A stretch of 64,000 bases of DNA from a virus (lineage: Duplodnaviria > Heunggongvirae > Uroviricota > Caudoviricetes), in the IMG/VR virus record IMGVR_UViG_3300017565_000017, positions 128,779 to 192,778 of that record; one strand, written 5' to 3'. The notes under the pieces were generated by a model. It was not told the DNA's origin. It made no database searches and saw only the letters and a program-made list of their open reading frames with translations. Positions 35,675-44,721 of this stretch are shown piece by piece; position 1 is the stretch's first letter, and each line of letters opens with the position of its first letter. The position numbers and the translations under genes were made by a program.

Positions 35675-35749
35675 TGGTGGACCCGGTGTGACTTGAACAC
35701 ACACTCTTGGAATTATGAGTTCCCTGCTTCACCTTTAAGCTACAGGTCC
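35675..35749 (-). tRNA. tRNA with CAU anticodon (elongator; Ile2-like or Met)
   Basis: GGACCTG TA GCTT AAAGGTG AAGC A GGGAA CT-CAT-AA TTCCA AGAGT GTGTG TTCAAGT CACAC CGGGTCC A CCA; G1-C72 so not an initiator; C4-G69 and C5-G68 as in Ile2. Confidence 0.9.
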
Positions 35750-35776
35750 AGAGGTTTTAAAACTGCACACCATCTA

Positions 35777-36451
35777 TTAACGCTTCTGCATTTCGATGAG
35801 CGACCCGATGAAGGCCAGTGGGTTGTTCAGCTCATCAAGTGTGCAACTCGAAGAATGCTTCTCAATCCAGTTGTCACCCGACTTCTGTTCGAATGACCAG
35901 TGCAGGAAATGCTTGTCACGGCGCATTGTCAAGCGATTGAACCCAAACGTGAGAATGCTGGGTTCGATATCCTGAACGTCTTTCTTAATCGTCACAGATG
36001 GCATGCGCTTGACATCCATCTTGAAGTTGATCACCAACTTGAGGCGCTCGCGGCTTTCGGAAGGCACGAATTCACCAACGAAACCCCAACGATCGAAAAA
36101 CTCACGAAGGCTACGCTCCAGCTTAGGCAGCGCCTCACGGGCAGCCACATACGCATCAGCCTTCTTCGTAGAGAAGATCCACTGACGCGTGCGGAACTCA
36201 GCATCGCAGTTAGGGTGAACGCTTTTCCAGAACTCAGCCAACTTGGCTTCGGCTTTGGCTCTGACGTTAGCCCACAACTTACCCCGCAACTCATAACCCT
36301 TAGCCAGAGCAGCGCTCTTAACCATGGGGATCAGGTCCTCGTGAATACGAGTGCTGGGCATACCAAGCTCGCAAAGAGCTTTGTACGAGGCAGCATTAGC
36401 CGGGATGTAGAACTTCTTGTACACCACAAGAAGAATAACTTTGGGTTCCAC
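35777..36451 (-). CDS. hypothetical protein
   Basis: GGAG SD; 224 aa. Confidence 0.7.
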   Translation of the reverse strand: MEPKVILLVVYKKFYIPANAASYKALCELGMPSTRIHEDLIPMVKSAALAKGYELRGKLWANVRAKAEAKLAEFWKSVHPNCDAEFRTRQWIFSTKKADAYVAAREALPKLERSLREFFDRWGFVGEFVPSESRERLKLVINFKMDVKRMPSVTIKKDVQDIEPSILTFGFNRLTMRRDKHFLHWSFEQKSGDNWIEKHSSSCTLDELNNPLAFIGSLIEMQKR

Positions 36452-36474
36452 AGGATACTCCGGATACGATTTGG

Positions 36475-36786
36475 TTAGATACCCATGACGTCGAAAATGC
36501 GGCGCTGGACCTCGGGACTTTCCTTAACGACTTCCTCCCAAATCTTGGCAACCTCTGGAGCATTACGGGCAGCCTGAGCTTTCTCGATCCTGTCGATATA
36601 AGCTCGCACTTTACCGCTAGTCATGATCCGGATTGCGATTGCCGGACAGTCAGGATTGCCCTGGCTATAGTGGCACTTGGTGAAAGTCTTCTCTGCACCG
36701 TCAACTAGATGAGAGCAACGAAAGCACCGTTCCGAGTAGAGTACAATGCACTCCCGGCTCTCGTCTATTGTATGTGAATCTTTCAT
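36475..36786 (-). CDS. Cys-rich hypothetical protein
   Basis: CFRC-x-H...C...DCP. Confidence 0.65.
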   Translation of the reverse strand: MKDSHTIDESRECIVLYSERCFRCSHLVDGAEKTFTKCHYSQGNPDCPAIAIRIMTSGKVRAYIDRIEKAQAARNAPEVAKIWEEVVKESPEVQRRIFDVMGI

Positions 36787-36856
36787 ATTGAGAACTCCGG
36801 TTAGGGGAGGCCCGCAAAGACCTCCCCGGTCTACTCTATGGCGGCACTACAAAGAC

Positions 36857-37750
36857 TTAGGCGTCGTCTTCTTCGTCTTCGTCTTCGTCCTCATCTTCAT
36901 CGGAGTCTTCGTCGCTGTCCTCGTCCTCATCTTCGTCCGAGTCTTCATCCTCATCGGAATCCTCGTCCTCATCTTCGTCCGAGTCTTCATCCTCGTCTTC
37001 GTCTTCGTCTTCGTCTTCCTCGTCGTCACCCGAGAGGCTCACGATGCCGTCATCTTCCTCGTCGTCTTCGTCATCTTCTTCGACGGCAACGGCTTTCTTA
37101 CCACCCTTACCACGCACGGGCGGCTCGTCCTCTTCGTCGTCGTCCTCGTCGTCCGAAACGTCGATGGTGTCATCTTCGTCTTCGTCGTCTTCTTCGACAA
37201 CCGGAGCCTTGGTCTTCTTGCCCGGTTTCTGGGCTACCGGAGCCGGCTCATCCTCGTCTTCATCTTCCTCGGTGTCGGTGTCTTCTGAGGAGGTGTCTTC
37301 CTCAGCCGAGGCTTCGACGACAACCAGCGTCGAGACGTACGAGGGTTGCAGGACTTGCACACCAGCTTCCAGAGCGAAAACCGTGCGAACGTAGGCCAGA
37401 TCGCTGGAGGCAGCGATAACAGCCGACGCCGGAACCGAGACCGAACCGATGGTGAACGAATCACCGTTGTTCGACACAGCACCGCGCAATTCACGCACGA
37501 TGGTCAGGAACTGAGGAGTGGTTTCCAGAGCAGCCTTGGCCTTGCGGACATTGCTGGTCTTGGGCTTTGCCGGGGCCGCAGCCGGGGCAGCTTCCTTCTT
37601 GGAAGCGGCGCGGGTCGTCTTAGCCGGGGTCTTGGTAGGAGTTGCCTCAGCGACTTCGGCAGCCTTCTTGGCCTTGCGGGCAGCGCGAGCAGCGCGGCGA
37701 GCAGCCTTCTTTTCGGCTTCCAGTTGTTCAGCTTTGGTCATCTTAGCCAT
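36857..37750 (-). CDS. bipartite protein: basic H1-like N-terminus, long Asp/Glu-rich C-terminus
   Basis: KKAARRAARAARKAKK; C-terminal EDEDSD repeats. Confidence 0.75.
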   Translation of the reverse strand: MAKMTKAEQLEAEKKAARRAARAARKAKKAAEVAEATPTKTPAKTTRAASKKEAAPAAAPAKPKTSNVRKAKAALETTPQFLTIVRELRGAVSNNGDSFTIGSVSVPASAVIAASSDLAYVRTVFALEAGVQVLQPSYVSTLVVVEASAEEDTSSEDTDTEEDEDEDEPAPVAQKPGKKTKAPVVEEDDEDEDDTIDVSDDEDDDEEDEPPVRGKGGKKAVAVEEDDEDDEEDDGIVSLSGDDEEDEDEDEDEDEDSDEDEDEDSDEDEDSDEDEDEDSDEDSDEDEDEDEDEEDDA

Positions 37751-37884
37751 GAGTAAAACCTCAAAAGAGATAGAGTTTTGGTTTGGACCCGGAAATGTAC
37801 CGGGTCCTTTTAATGCGGAGCAAGGAGCGCCACGCAGTAATGCAATATTAACGGTATTTGTGGGACTGCGCAACTAAATCCGTA

Positions 37885-38250
37885 TTAAAGGATTAGGCTG
37901 GACTTTCCTGTCGCGTTATCCGGCATCGTAGTTGCCAGATCAAGTCCACTCGTCACTTTGGTGTACAGAGCTTCAATGGCCGCGTCAGACCATTCCCAGA
38001 CGACAACGTGGATTGCCTGCAGAGGCAGAACCAACAGACCTTCACCTACATGCGGAATAACTGAGTACGGCATCATGGCAGGCGACGGCTGGCCGTCACG
38101 ACCACGAACAAACGCAAACTCATGAGGTCCGTGGACAATATGAGTGCGCTTCAGTTGCTCTTCATAAGAAGGGTCATCCTGGTAATCTTCAGGGTCCACG
38201 CGGCCGACAATCACACGACCGTTAACCAGTTGGAATGCAGCGAGTTTCAT
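37885..38250 (-). CDS. hypothetical small beta-rich (Sm-like) protein
   Basis: FQLVNG-x-x-IVG N-terminus. Confidence 0.55.
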   Translation of the reverse strand: MKLAAFQLVNGRVIVGRVDPEDYQDDPSYEEQLKRTHIVHGPHEFAFVRGRDGQPSPAMMPYSVIPHVGEGLLVLPLQAIHVVVWEWSDAAIEALYTKVTSGLDLATTMPDNATGKSSLIL

Positions 38251-38251
38251 A

Positions 38252-38980
38252 TTAATAGTCCTCGCCTTCGTCTTCTTCAACCTTCTTGGGGCGGCGACCC
38301 TTCGGCGGTTGCATCATCGATTTGAACGCGCAAGCTAGGAACTTGGTAGCCCCGGCAAACATACGGCGGAACGGGTCCTTGGTGTTCAGTTCCACAACTT
38401 TGGTTGTGGTTTCGCCGGTCTTCTTGTTCTTCACACGCTTGGTGATAAAGACATGACGCAGGGTCACACCCAGAATCTTCTCGTGAACGCCATTCGGGTC
38501 CTTCTTGGCGATAACACGGAACACCACACGGTAGACCTTGTTCGGTTCCAGGCGCTTCGGCACTTCTGCACCTTCCTTGTTTACCAGCTTGCGGCCCGTA
38601 GCGTGGAACAGCTTGGGCGACAGGCGGGCAAACACAGAAGCCACCGTCTTGGGATCGAATTCCCACATATCGTACTTCTTCTTTTCGTCATCGTCATAAC
38701 GGCCCTTGTGATAATTCACTTGGAAGTCGTTATGCAGGTTGACCATACCGTCCTGTTCCGTCTTGAACGTGATTTCCAGGAAGAACGGCTTGAAGTCCGA
38801 AGGCGGCACATACGTGTAGGTGCGCTGGTCTTCGAAGGTGGTCAGGGTATGGGCCACGTCCGGGATAACCGGCTTGCCTTCACGAGCCTTGGATGCTACC
38901 TCTACCTTCTCTTCCTTGCGCTTCTTGAGCGCCTTAGTCACTACTTCTTTACCGCTTCTGACTTTCTCAGCTTTAGCCAT
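38252..38980 (-). CDS. hypothetical basic protein
   Basis: GGAG SD; strong codon bias. Confidence 0.75.
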   Translation of the reverse strand: MAKAEKVRSGKEVVTKALKKRKEEKVEVASKAREGKPVIPDVAHTLTTFEDQRTYTYVPPSDFKPFFLEITFKTEQDGMVNLHNDFQVNYHKGRYDDDEKKKYDMWEFDPKTVASVFARLSPKLFHATGRKLVNKEGAEVPKRLEPNKVYRVVFRVIAKKDPNGVHEKILGVTLRHVFITKRVKNKKTGETTTKVVELNTKDPFRRMFAGATKFLACAFKSMMQPPKGRRPKKVEEDEGEDY

Positions 38981-39029
38981 TCATGGCTCCACGAGGAGGG
39001 GTGATAAAAAGGACCGGGTTATACCGGCC

Positions 39030-39773
39030 TTATTTATGGGATTCCGGGCGCAGTATTGGGTCCGCGCCTTGGACTATTCCCTGTTTTCGGTTGTACACGT
39101 ATTTAAGCTCTTCCATAAGCGCGTTTGCGCGCCTTTGGAGTTCTTCTTCCATAAGGGCGGCAGCGCGTTCCTTATTGCCGGATACGTGGGCCGACATGAC
39201 CTTAAAAATTGGCAGCGCCTGTAGACGCTCCTTATTTATGATGGCCCGTTCCTGCTGCTCGGACCAAAACTTCTCCCCTTCCTGGGCTTGCCAATCCACG
39301 TCCATACCCTTGAATTGGGTGAAGAACTGGAGGCGCAGATAATCCACATCCCCCATAGTCATGGCATTGCGCAAGCTTACGAAGTAGTCTACATCACCCC
39401 CTTTGTCGGGGTGAAATTTCTGGGCCAGCGAGCGATAGTAACGCTTACACTCATACAGGCGGGTATCGTCTGCTCTAGTGGACTCACCTTCAACAGTAAG
39501 CTCACTGACGTTGCGAAAGGTTCGGCCTTCCCGGTCTGGGGCCATGCCCTTACCGTAATGTACTTCCCGTATTTGCTGCTGCAAGCGTAGCATGTGGGCG
39601 CGCAAAACGGGGTGCTGGTGCTCGTAATCGCTTAGGACTCGGTTTACCCCGCCCAGGAACAATAAAAGCCGCTCTCGGGCGGCTAATGCGTGTTTACGGG
39701 CTACCCGGGCGCGGTATAGGCGCGGCAGGTAATCGGGGGGCCGGTATAGGGCTAAGGGCCATTGTTGCGCCAT
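39030..39773 (-). CDS. J-domain (DnaJ-like) protein
   Basis: KRYYRSLAQKFHPDKGG (HPD motif). Confidence 0.75.
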   Translation of the reverse strand: MAQQWPLALYRPPDYLPRLYRARVARKHALAARERLLLFLGGVNRVLSDYEHQHPVLRAHMLRLQQQIREVHYGKGMAPDREGRTFRNVSELTVEGESTRADDTRLYECKRYYRSLAQKFHPDKGGDVDYFVSLRNAMTMGDVDYLRLQFFTQFKGMDVDWQAQEGEKFWSEQQERAIINKERLQALPIFKVMSAHVSGNKERAAALMEEELQRRANALMEELKYVYNRKQGIVQGADPILRPESHK

Positions 39774-39786
39774 AGCAGGCTCCAAA

Positions 39787-39812
39787 TGAAAAGCCCCGCA
39801 CGGGGCGGGGCT
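39787..39812 (-). terminator. intrinsic terminator
   Basis: AGCCCCGC-CCCGT-GCGGGGCT then TTTCATTT. Confidence 0.7.
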
Positions 39813-39831
39813 GGACAAGACTAGGGTTGGG

Positions 39832-40167
39832 TCAGAGCGTAATGGGAACCCCTCGCGCTCCTCGGCCGTTTTGCGTTATGGACATAACGCGAACATGCGT
39901 GGTGTCCTTGGTAACGGGGCCGAGAATGAACAGAATCATTCCCTTTTTCGAGCCATCGGGATGGCGGGAATCCTTAGGAATGACTACCCATTTATCAAGC
40001 TCACGCTCGTAATGGATAGTGATGGTCGGTGTGAACGTAGTTTGAGCCTTCGGGTTGGCTTTCAGATCACGCGTGGTTGGATTGCGTGGTTCCAGAAACA
40101 CATGGGCGTGAGTAAGCTCAATCAGGGTGTCCACACGCGGGACCAAAGTTGCAGCGGACATTTGCAT
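39832..40167 (-). CDS. hypothetical protein
   Basis: ORF in operon. Confidence 0.55.
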   Translation of the reverse strand: MQMSAATLVPRVDTLIELTHAHVFLEPRNPTTRDLKANPKAQTTFTPTITIHYERELDKWVVIPKDSRHPDGSKKGMILFILGPVTKDTTHVRVMSITQNGRGARGVPITL

Positions 40168-40176
40168 ACAGAAACT

Positions 40177-40539
40177 CTACAGCGACGTCAAGACGCCAAC
40201 GCAGGCCAGGGCCATTAGGACCCAACCCACGAATCCCCAATTGATCCGGATAGGGTCGCCCTGCTGCAATCGAGGGTCTACAACGAGATTAGAAGGACCG
40301 GCACCCAACTGATTAAGGCACCGGGCGGTGAAAATAGGAGTGACACCCGTCTTGGGAGTATCCGGGTGCATGATCTTCCAGGCAGACCCGATGATAACCT
40401 TGGGGTTTGCTTGGTACTCTTCTTTGAGTTGCTTGCGAATTGCAGCAGGCAACTCAAAATGAGGTTCATTGCCTGGGGCAACCGGGCACTCAAAATCAAG
40501 TCCATGAATAGGAATGACCGGAACTGTAAGGCGTCCCAT
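40177..40539 (-). CDS. hypothetical protein with C-terminal TM anchor
   Basis: AAGGAG SD; hydrophobic C-terminus. Confidence 0.6.
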   Translation of the reverse strand: MGRLTVPVIPIHGLDFECPVAPGNEPHFELPAAIRKQLKEEYQANPKVIIGSAWKIMHPDTPKTGVTPIFTARCLNQLGAGPSNLVVDPRLQQGDPIRINWGFVGWVLMALACVGVLTSL

Positions 40540-40549
40540 GATAGTCTCC

Positions 40550-41647
40550 TTAGTAGGAATCGACTGAGCGGTTGCCCAGCACAATGGCTTCGTTGATTTC
40601 ACGCAGGCGAGCCACCCCTTTAACATTGGGGTAAATGCGCTTGACTTGGCTACGATAGTTCTTCGGCAGATGAGCTGAAAACTTTTCTAGCTGGATAAGG
40701 TGGGTGTTGGCGTTGCGCTTCTGCTCCAACTCGCGAAGCTCTTGCACGTAGTGGATACGCACGTTCTGGAACCACGGTTTGTCACGCATTGCCAACTTGA
40801 TCGACTCGCGATTGGCAGGCCAGATACCCAGAACAACGATGTTGTCCGTCTCCGCATCCCAGTAGTTGTTGAGGCGAAGAGGCTTCGGTTCGGCCAAAGG
40901 GGCCGGAGTTTGCAGCAGGGTCGAAGTCTGCGGAGGCTCCGAAGCGCTTGCGACTTCGGGTACTACCTGACTAACCTGGGATTGAACGTGATCCCTGATC
41001 TTCTGCGTATTGGCCGCGATTGCGCCCTGGATAGCCCCGTCGACTGCCGACGTGAGCTTTTCCTGGAGCTTGGGCACCACGTACTCGTTATGGAGCTTGT
41101 CGATGACTGTGTCAAGCATCGGCTTGACCAGCACCGTAACGTAGTCTTGCACCGCAGCCAGCAGATTCTGCTCCACACGGCCGAGGGCCGAAATGGGAAG
41201 TGCCGGTACGATGGGACTGATGATTGGTGTGGGAGCCGGTGCCGGAGTGGGCTCTGGCTCGGGTTCCGGGGCGGGGGCCGCAGCAACGGGGGGCGTCTCA
41301 ACCACCGGGGCTGGAGCGGGCTCGGCGGCAGGTGGAGCAGTGTCCAGATTGGCTTGCGCCGTGGCCTTTTCGGCCACGGTGTCGAGCGAAACCAGATCAT
41401 GCTCTGCTACGAGAGCCCGAAGATCCACTGGCAACATGCACTGGAGGGTGTCCAGAAACGAGGCGAACTTAGGCCCGAGCCACGCATTGTCACATTTCCG
41501 ACGCCTGTCCTTGGGAAGGCATTCAAGCTGTGCGTTGAGCATGGCTTCGCGCTTTTCTTGCCCACGGCGCATCAATTCCATGGTCCTGAGCGCAACTTGC
41601 AGATGCTCTCGCTCTTCCCAAATAATGTGCTTGCGAACGGTACTCAC
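40550..41647 (-). CDS. multidomain hypothetical protein with Pro/Ala linkers
   Basis: GGGAG SD + GTG; first gene after promoter tract. Confidence 0.75.
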   Translation of the reverse strand: MSTVRKHIIWEEREHLQVALRTMELMRRGQEKREAMLNAQLECLPKDRRRKCDNAWLGPKFASFLDTLQCMLPVDLRALVAEHDLVSLDTVAEKATAQANLDTAPPAAEPAPAPVVETPPVAAAPAPEPEPEPTPAPAPTPIISPIVPALPISALGRVEQNLLAAVQDYVTVLVKPMLDTVIDKLHNEYVVPKLQEKLTSAVDGAIQGAIAANTQKIRDHVQSQVSQVVPEVASASEPPQTSTLLQTPAPLAEPKPLRLNNYWDAETDNIVVLGIWPANRESIKLAMRDKPWFQNVRIHYVQELRELEQKRNANTHLIQLEKFSAHLPKNYRSQVKRIYPNVKGVARLREINEAIVLGNRSVDSY

Positions 41648-41657
41648 TAGGGTAACT

Positions 41658-41810
41658 CCCTTACGGTTGGGGTTTAGGTAGGCGCGTAGGGGTACACGCC
41701 GGTATACGTATTATATACCCGCGCCCCGTAAAACGCTATTACGCTTATGTAACTATAGCCCTAGCGGTACGGGTAAGGGCTACATAATACCCCGTTGTTT
41801 GTAGTAATGG
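41658..41810 (-). promoter_or_regulatory. 153-nt TC/GA-free promoter tract, TATAAT at 41710-41715
   Basis: Manual scan; tract ends at GGGAG SD. Confidence 0.65.
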
Positions 41811-42025
41811 ATCGTGTCGTCGATATCGTCGTTCGTTACAACGATACGATCCAGCTCTTCCTGATATTCTTCAGCGGCCTGTTCGGCGCTCACGCGACCT
41901 TGCTGACGCTCAGTGCGATGCGTCATCTTTTTCGCAAAAGCGCCGCGACTCATGCGGCCTTTCCCTGGCCGACGGGACCAGAATTCATATCCGGGCGGTT
42001 TTGAACCCCTGATAGTGTTGCTCAC
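41780..42025 (-). CDS. phage hypothetical protein
   Basis: GGAGG SD + GTG; GSK-x-PGYE-x-WSRRP motif. Confidence 0.6.
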   Translation of the reverse strand: MSNTIRGSKPPGYEFWSRRPGKGRMSRGAFAKKMTHRTERQQGRVSAEQAAEEYQEELDRIVVTNDDIDDTIHYYKQRGIM

Positions 42026-42203
42026 GTTTAAATCCTCCAACAATAGGGTCTATGAAGATAAAGCCAACGCACACCATGGTCACGGGCCACACGATGGGGA
42101 CGAAGATGACGTCCAACTCCGCCGCTTCCCATACAAGGTACATACCTTCAAACACTGCATAGGCGATCAAAGCGAGAACAACAGCAATCAGGGTCTGTTT
42201 CAT
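41985..42203 (-). CDS. small two-TM membrane protein
   Basis: Hydrophobicity; AGGA SD. Confidence 0.6.
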   Translation of the reverse strand: MKQTLIAVVLALIAYAVFEGMYLVWEAAELDVIFVPIVWPVTMVCVGFIFIDPIVGGFKREQHYQGFKTARI

Positions 42204-42214
42204 GCTCTTTCCTG

Positions 42215-42865
42215 TCAGTTATGAGGAACGGGTTTGGGCATAATCTCAACGATACCGGGGCGACCGCCCAAATCGGTGCCGTCCGGGCGATACGTCCGCA
42301 CGACGTTGGTGCCGAGCAGGCGGACATGGTACTTCCACGGGTTCGCCGGATACACACCGACGACTACGCCCGCCATACCACCCACGAGGCCGACGCGCTG
42401 ACCCTCAATCAAATTAAGGTCATCACCGATTTCAGCAAGCGGACGGCTCCACATCTGCTGTTCGTTGTCATAGGTAGGCTGAGGACGCTTGGGAGCAACC
42501 TTCGTCGGGCGGGGGTCGCTCACTTCTGCTGCCTTGATCAGATTACCGCTGAACGTGCGGAGCAGGCCGCGATTCAGGCGGGCAATGATCGGGGTGTTCA
42601 CACCTTTCTGATAGCCCATCGACAGATGGTTCGGCACGATAGCCGGAGTGCGCATGTGACCGTACACGCGGGTCAGCTTGTTCTTCTCGTTGATCGTGTC
42701 TTGCATGGTCTTGGCGTAGAAATAGCGGGTAACACCGCTTTCTACGTCCATGGCCGTCCAGATTTCAGGACGCGAGCTATGCTTCGTCATGATCCAGTAG
42801 AAGCGATCATTGGTCGAACGCCATACTTGGCCGTAATGCAGAGCGCCGGGTTGGGTAACGTTCAT
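42215..42865 (-). CDS. hypothetical protein
   Basis: TAGGA SD; 216 aa. Confidence 0.7.
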   Translation of the reverse strand: MNVTQPGALHYGQVWRSTNDRFYWIMTKHSSRPEIWTAMDVESGVTRYFYAKTMQDTINEKNKLTRVYGHMRTPAIVPNHLSMGYQKGVNTPIIARLNRGLLRTFSGNLIKAAEVSDPRPTKVAPKRPQPTYDNEQQMWSRPLAEIGDDLNLIEGQRVGLVGGMAGVVVGVYPANPWKYHVRLLGTNVVRTYRPDGTDLGGRPGIVEIMPKPVPHN

Positions 42866-42908
42866 AGAAAATCCTATTGTGGGGTGGATACCGATATATT
42901 TACGGTAC

Positions 42909-42928
42909 GGTCCGGGTTTCCCCGGACC
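42909..42928 (-). terminator. GNRA hairpin after the Nampt-like gene
   Basis: GGTCCGGG-GAAA-CCCGGACC; no U tract. Confidence 0.45.
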
Positions 42929-42934
42929 CTGGAC

Positions 42935-44719
42935 TTACGCGGCAGGATAAGCGTCAGACCAACCGAGGCGCGCACGCATGTTGCTCAAGGTCTCGTCGAC
43001 CAGAAGCTGACCATTACGGAATGTTGGGACGAGTTCACCGGAACCGAAGTTACCACCCATGACCTCCGTAGGTTCAGCCAAAATGCCGTCCAGAAGCTTG
43101 TAATCGCCACCTTCCGCCTGCACTACAAGGAGGCCCGTAGCCGACTTCTTGCCGGGGTCCGTCTTAGGATCCTTGATAATGGCTCTCCCCACGCCCTTCA
43201 CGGCACCGTAGGTCGCCTTGACGGCAGCCCCGAGGGTATCACGAGTGACGTATTGGTACGTATAGGAACCGACACCAACCACGAGGTTGCTGTGGCTGAA
43301 GCCCATGTCCGTGAGACGCTTGAGAATGGCGTCGTACAGTTGCGGCGTGATGCTATCGCCGTAAATCAGGCCCACGTGGGGGTCCAAGTCAATAAAGCCC
43401 TTGGAGTTCTTGGCACCTCCGAACACTTCGTACAGGCAGTAATACGCGCCCTTGACTTCCGGAGGTACGATGGCGCTATCGAGCAATTCGCCTGTGTAGT
43501 AGTGCCAGTCTCGACCATCACCCTTGTCTATCGGGTGGCGTACTACACGATAGAAGCTACCGTCGCATACGACGGTCTTACCTTCAGGCCGTGTGTGACC
43601 GTTGTCCAGGAGCCAGTTGGTCAGGGTATTGCGGTCCACGCCGGGTACGGTGATGGCCGTACCAGTAATGATATCCAGCGGGTTGCCAGAGTCCGGCCGG
43701 AACACTACACGACCCTCGCGGGCCATGATAGTATCGTACAGGCGGCGCGTGAACATGGTAATGACCTGCCAGAAGTCGTAGGTGTCGCTCACGATGCTGA
43801 CAATGCCAGACGTGTACAGAGCCAGCAGGCGAACGTAAGTGTCGAACTCCTTGTCCGAGCCGTCGATACACATCACAGAGTGCTCGGTGGCTGGAACCGA
43901 ACCGCCTACGAAGTGACGGCGCGGCTCTGCATTGTACAGCAAGCGAGCAGCGTGGATTGCCGACACCGTGTCGGTGCCCGTGAAGGCCAACAGGTGAGCC
44001 ATACCACAAGCGCGGCTATCCCACCGGCCGGACATGCCCCGGGAACTGAAGTCATGGCAGCCCCACTGAAGCATGTAGTCTGGACTGCCGTTGACCTGGG
44101 ACCAGTACTCGGCCGTGGCCCGGTAGTTGGCCGCGATAGTTGCCGCGACCATGGGCTTCCACGTCTCGTTGCTGAGTACAGTTTCCAGCGCATTGGTCAG
44201 CCAATAAAACTCCGGCAGCGTGTTGTGGATGGTGAAGACCGGGATCTTCATACCGACTCGAATGCCCTCCGGCAGCGCGCGGATTTCCACCGGCAAATAG
44301 CCCAGCGTGTGGAGTGCCTTCAGGTGGCTGATGTCGAGTACCGTGTTGAGGCCGGTGTCGACCGATTCGCGGTACTCGTATTCAACATGCGACCACGGGC
44401 GCTGGAAGAAATCGCGGTTCCACGTGTCGATCAGGTATTCCTTGATGAATGCTTGAAGGCCGAAAACGACAGCTTTGTAATCCCACACACGGGGATTCAT
44501 CTTGGCTTCCGCGTGCTTGTCGTTACGCGGCGTCATGTTCGAGTAGACAACCGTCGTACCCGTGGGGTACTGGTGGACGTGCCCGACCTTGTAGAAGTCC
44601 ACGTCCAGGAATGGCGGCGCGGCGCAAGCCACGTAACCCTCGGGCGCTACGCCCGGAGTATAGTCACTGCCCGTGGCGGGGGTAGACGCCCAGATGGACG
44701 GTTCGGTGGGAAAACCCAT
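42935..44719 (-). CDS. nicotinamide phosphoribosyltransferase-like protein (Nampt/Namat)
   Basis: DVDFYKVGH, HDFSSRG, FTGTDT, VPATEHSVM, SIVSDTYD, RPDSG, IYGDSI, GVGSYTY, KKSATG; start at MGFPTEP. Confidence 0.92.
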   Translation of the reverse strand: MGFPTEPSIWASTPATGSDYTPGVAPEGYVACAAPPFLDVDFYKVGHVHQYPTGTTVVYSNMTPRNDKHAEAKMNPRVWDYKAVVFGLQAFIKEYLIDTWNRDFFQRPWSHVEYEYRESVDTGLNTVLDISHLKALHTLGYLPVEIRALPEGIRVGMKIPVFTIHNTLPEFYWLTNALETVLSNETWKPMVAATIAANYRATAEYWSQVNGSPDYMLQWGCHDFSSRGMSGRWDSRACGMAHLLAFTGTDTVSAIHAARLLYNAEPRRHFVGGSVPATEHSVMCIDGSDKEFDTYVRLLALYTSGIVSIVSDTYDFWQVITMFTRRLYDTIMAREGRVVFRPDSGNPLDIITGTAITVPGVDRNTLTNWLLDNGHTRPEGKTVVCDGSFYRVVRHPIDKGDGRDWHYYTGELLDSAIVPPEVKGAYYCLYEVFGGAKNSKGFIDLDPHVGLIYGDSITPQLYDAILKRLTDMGFSHSNLVVGVGSYTYQYVTRDTLGAAVKATYGAVKGVGRAIIKDPKTDPGKKSATGLLVVQAEGGDYKLLDGILAEPTEVMGGNFGSGELVPTFRNGQLLVDETLSNMRARLGWSDAYPAA

Positions 44720-44721
44720 GG

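Noticed and set aside
35647-35700. ORF-track N-terminal extension of GyrB
   Set aside because: Lies within the tRNA(CAU); ATG at 35646 has its own GAAGG SD
35675-35749. Initiator tRNA-fMet
   Set aside because: G1-C72 is paired and the three consecutive G-C pairs at 29-31/39-41 are absent
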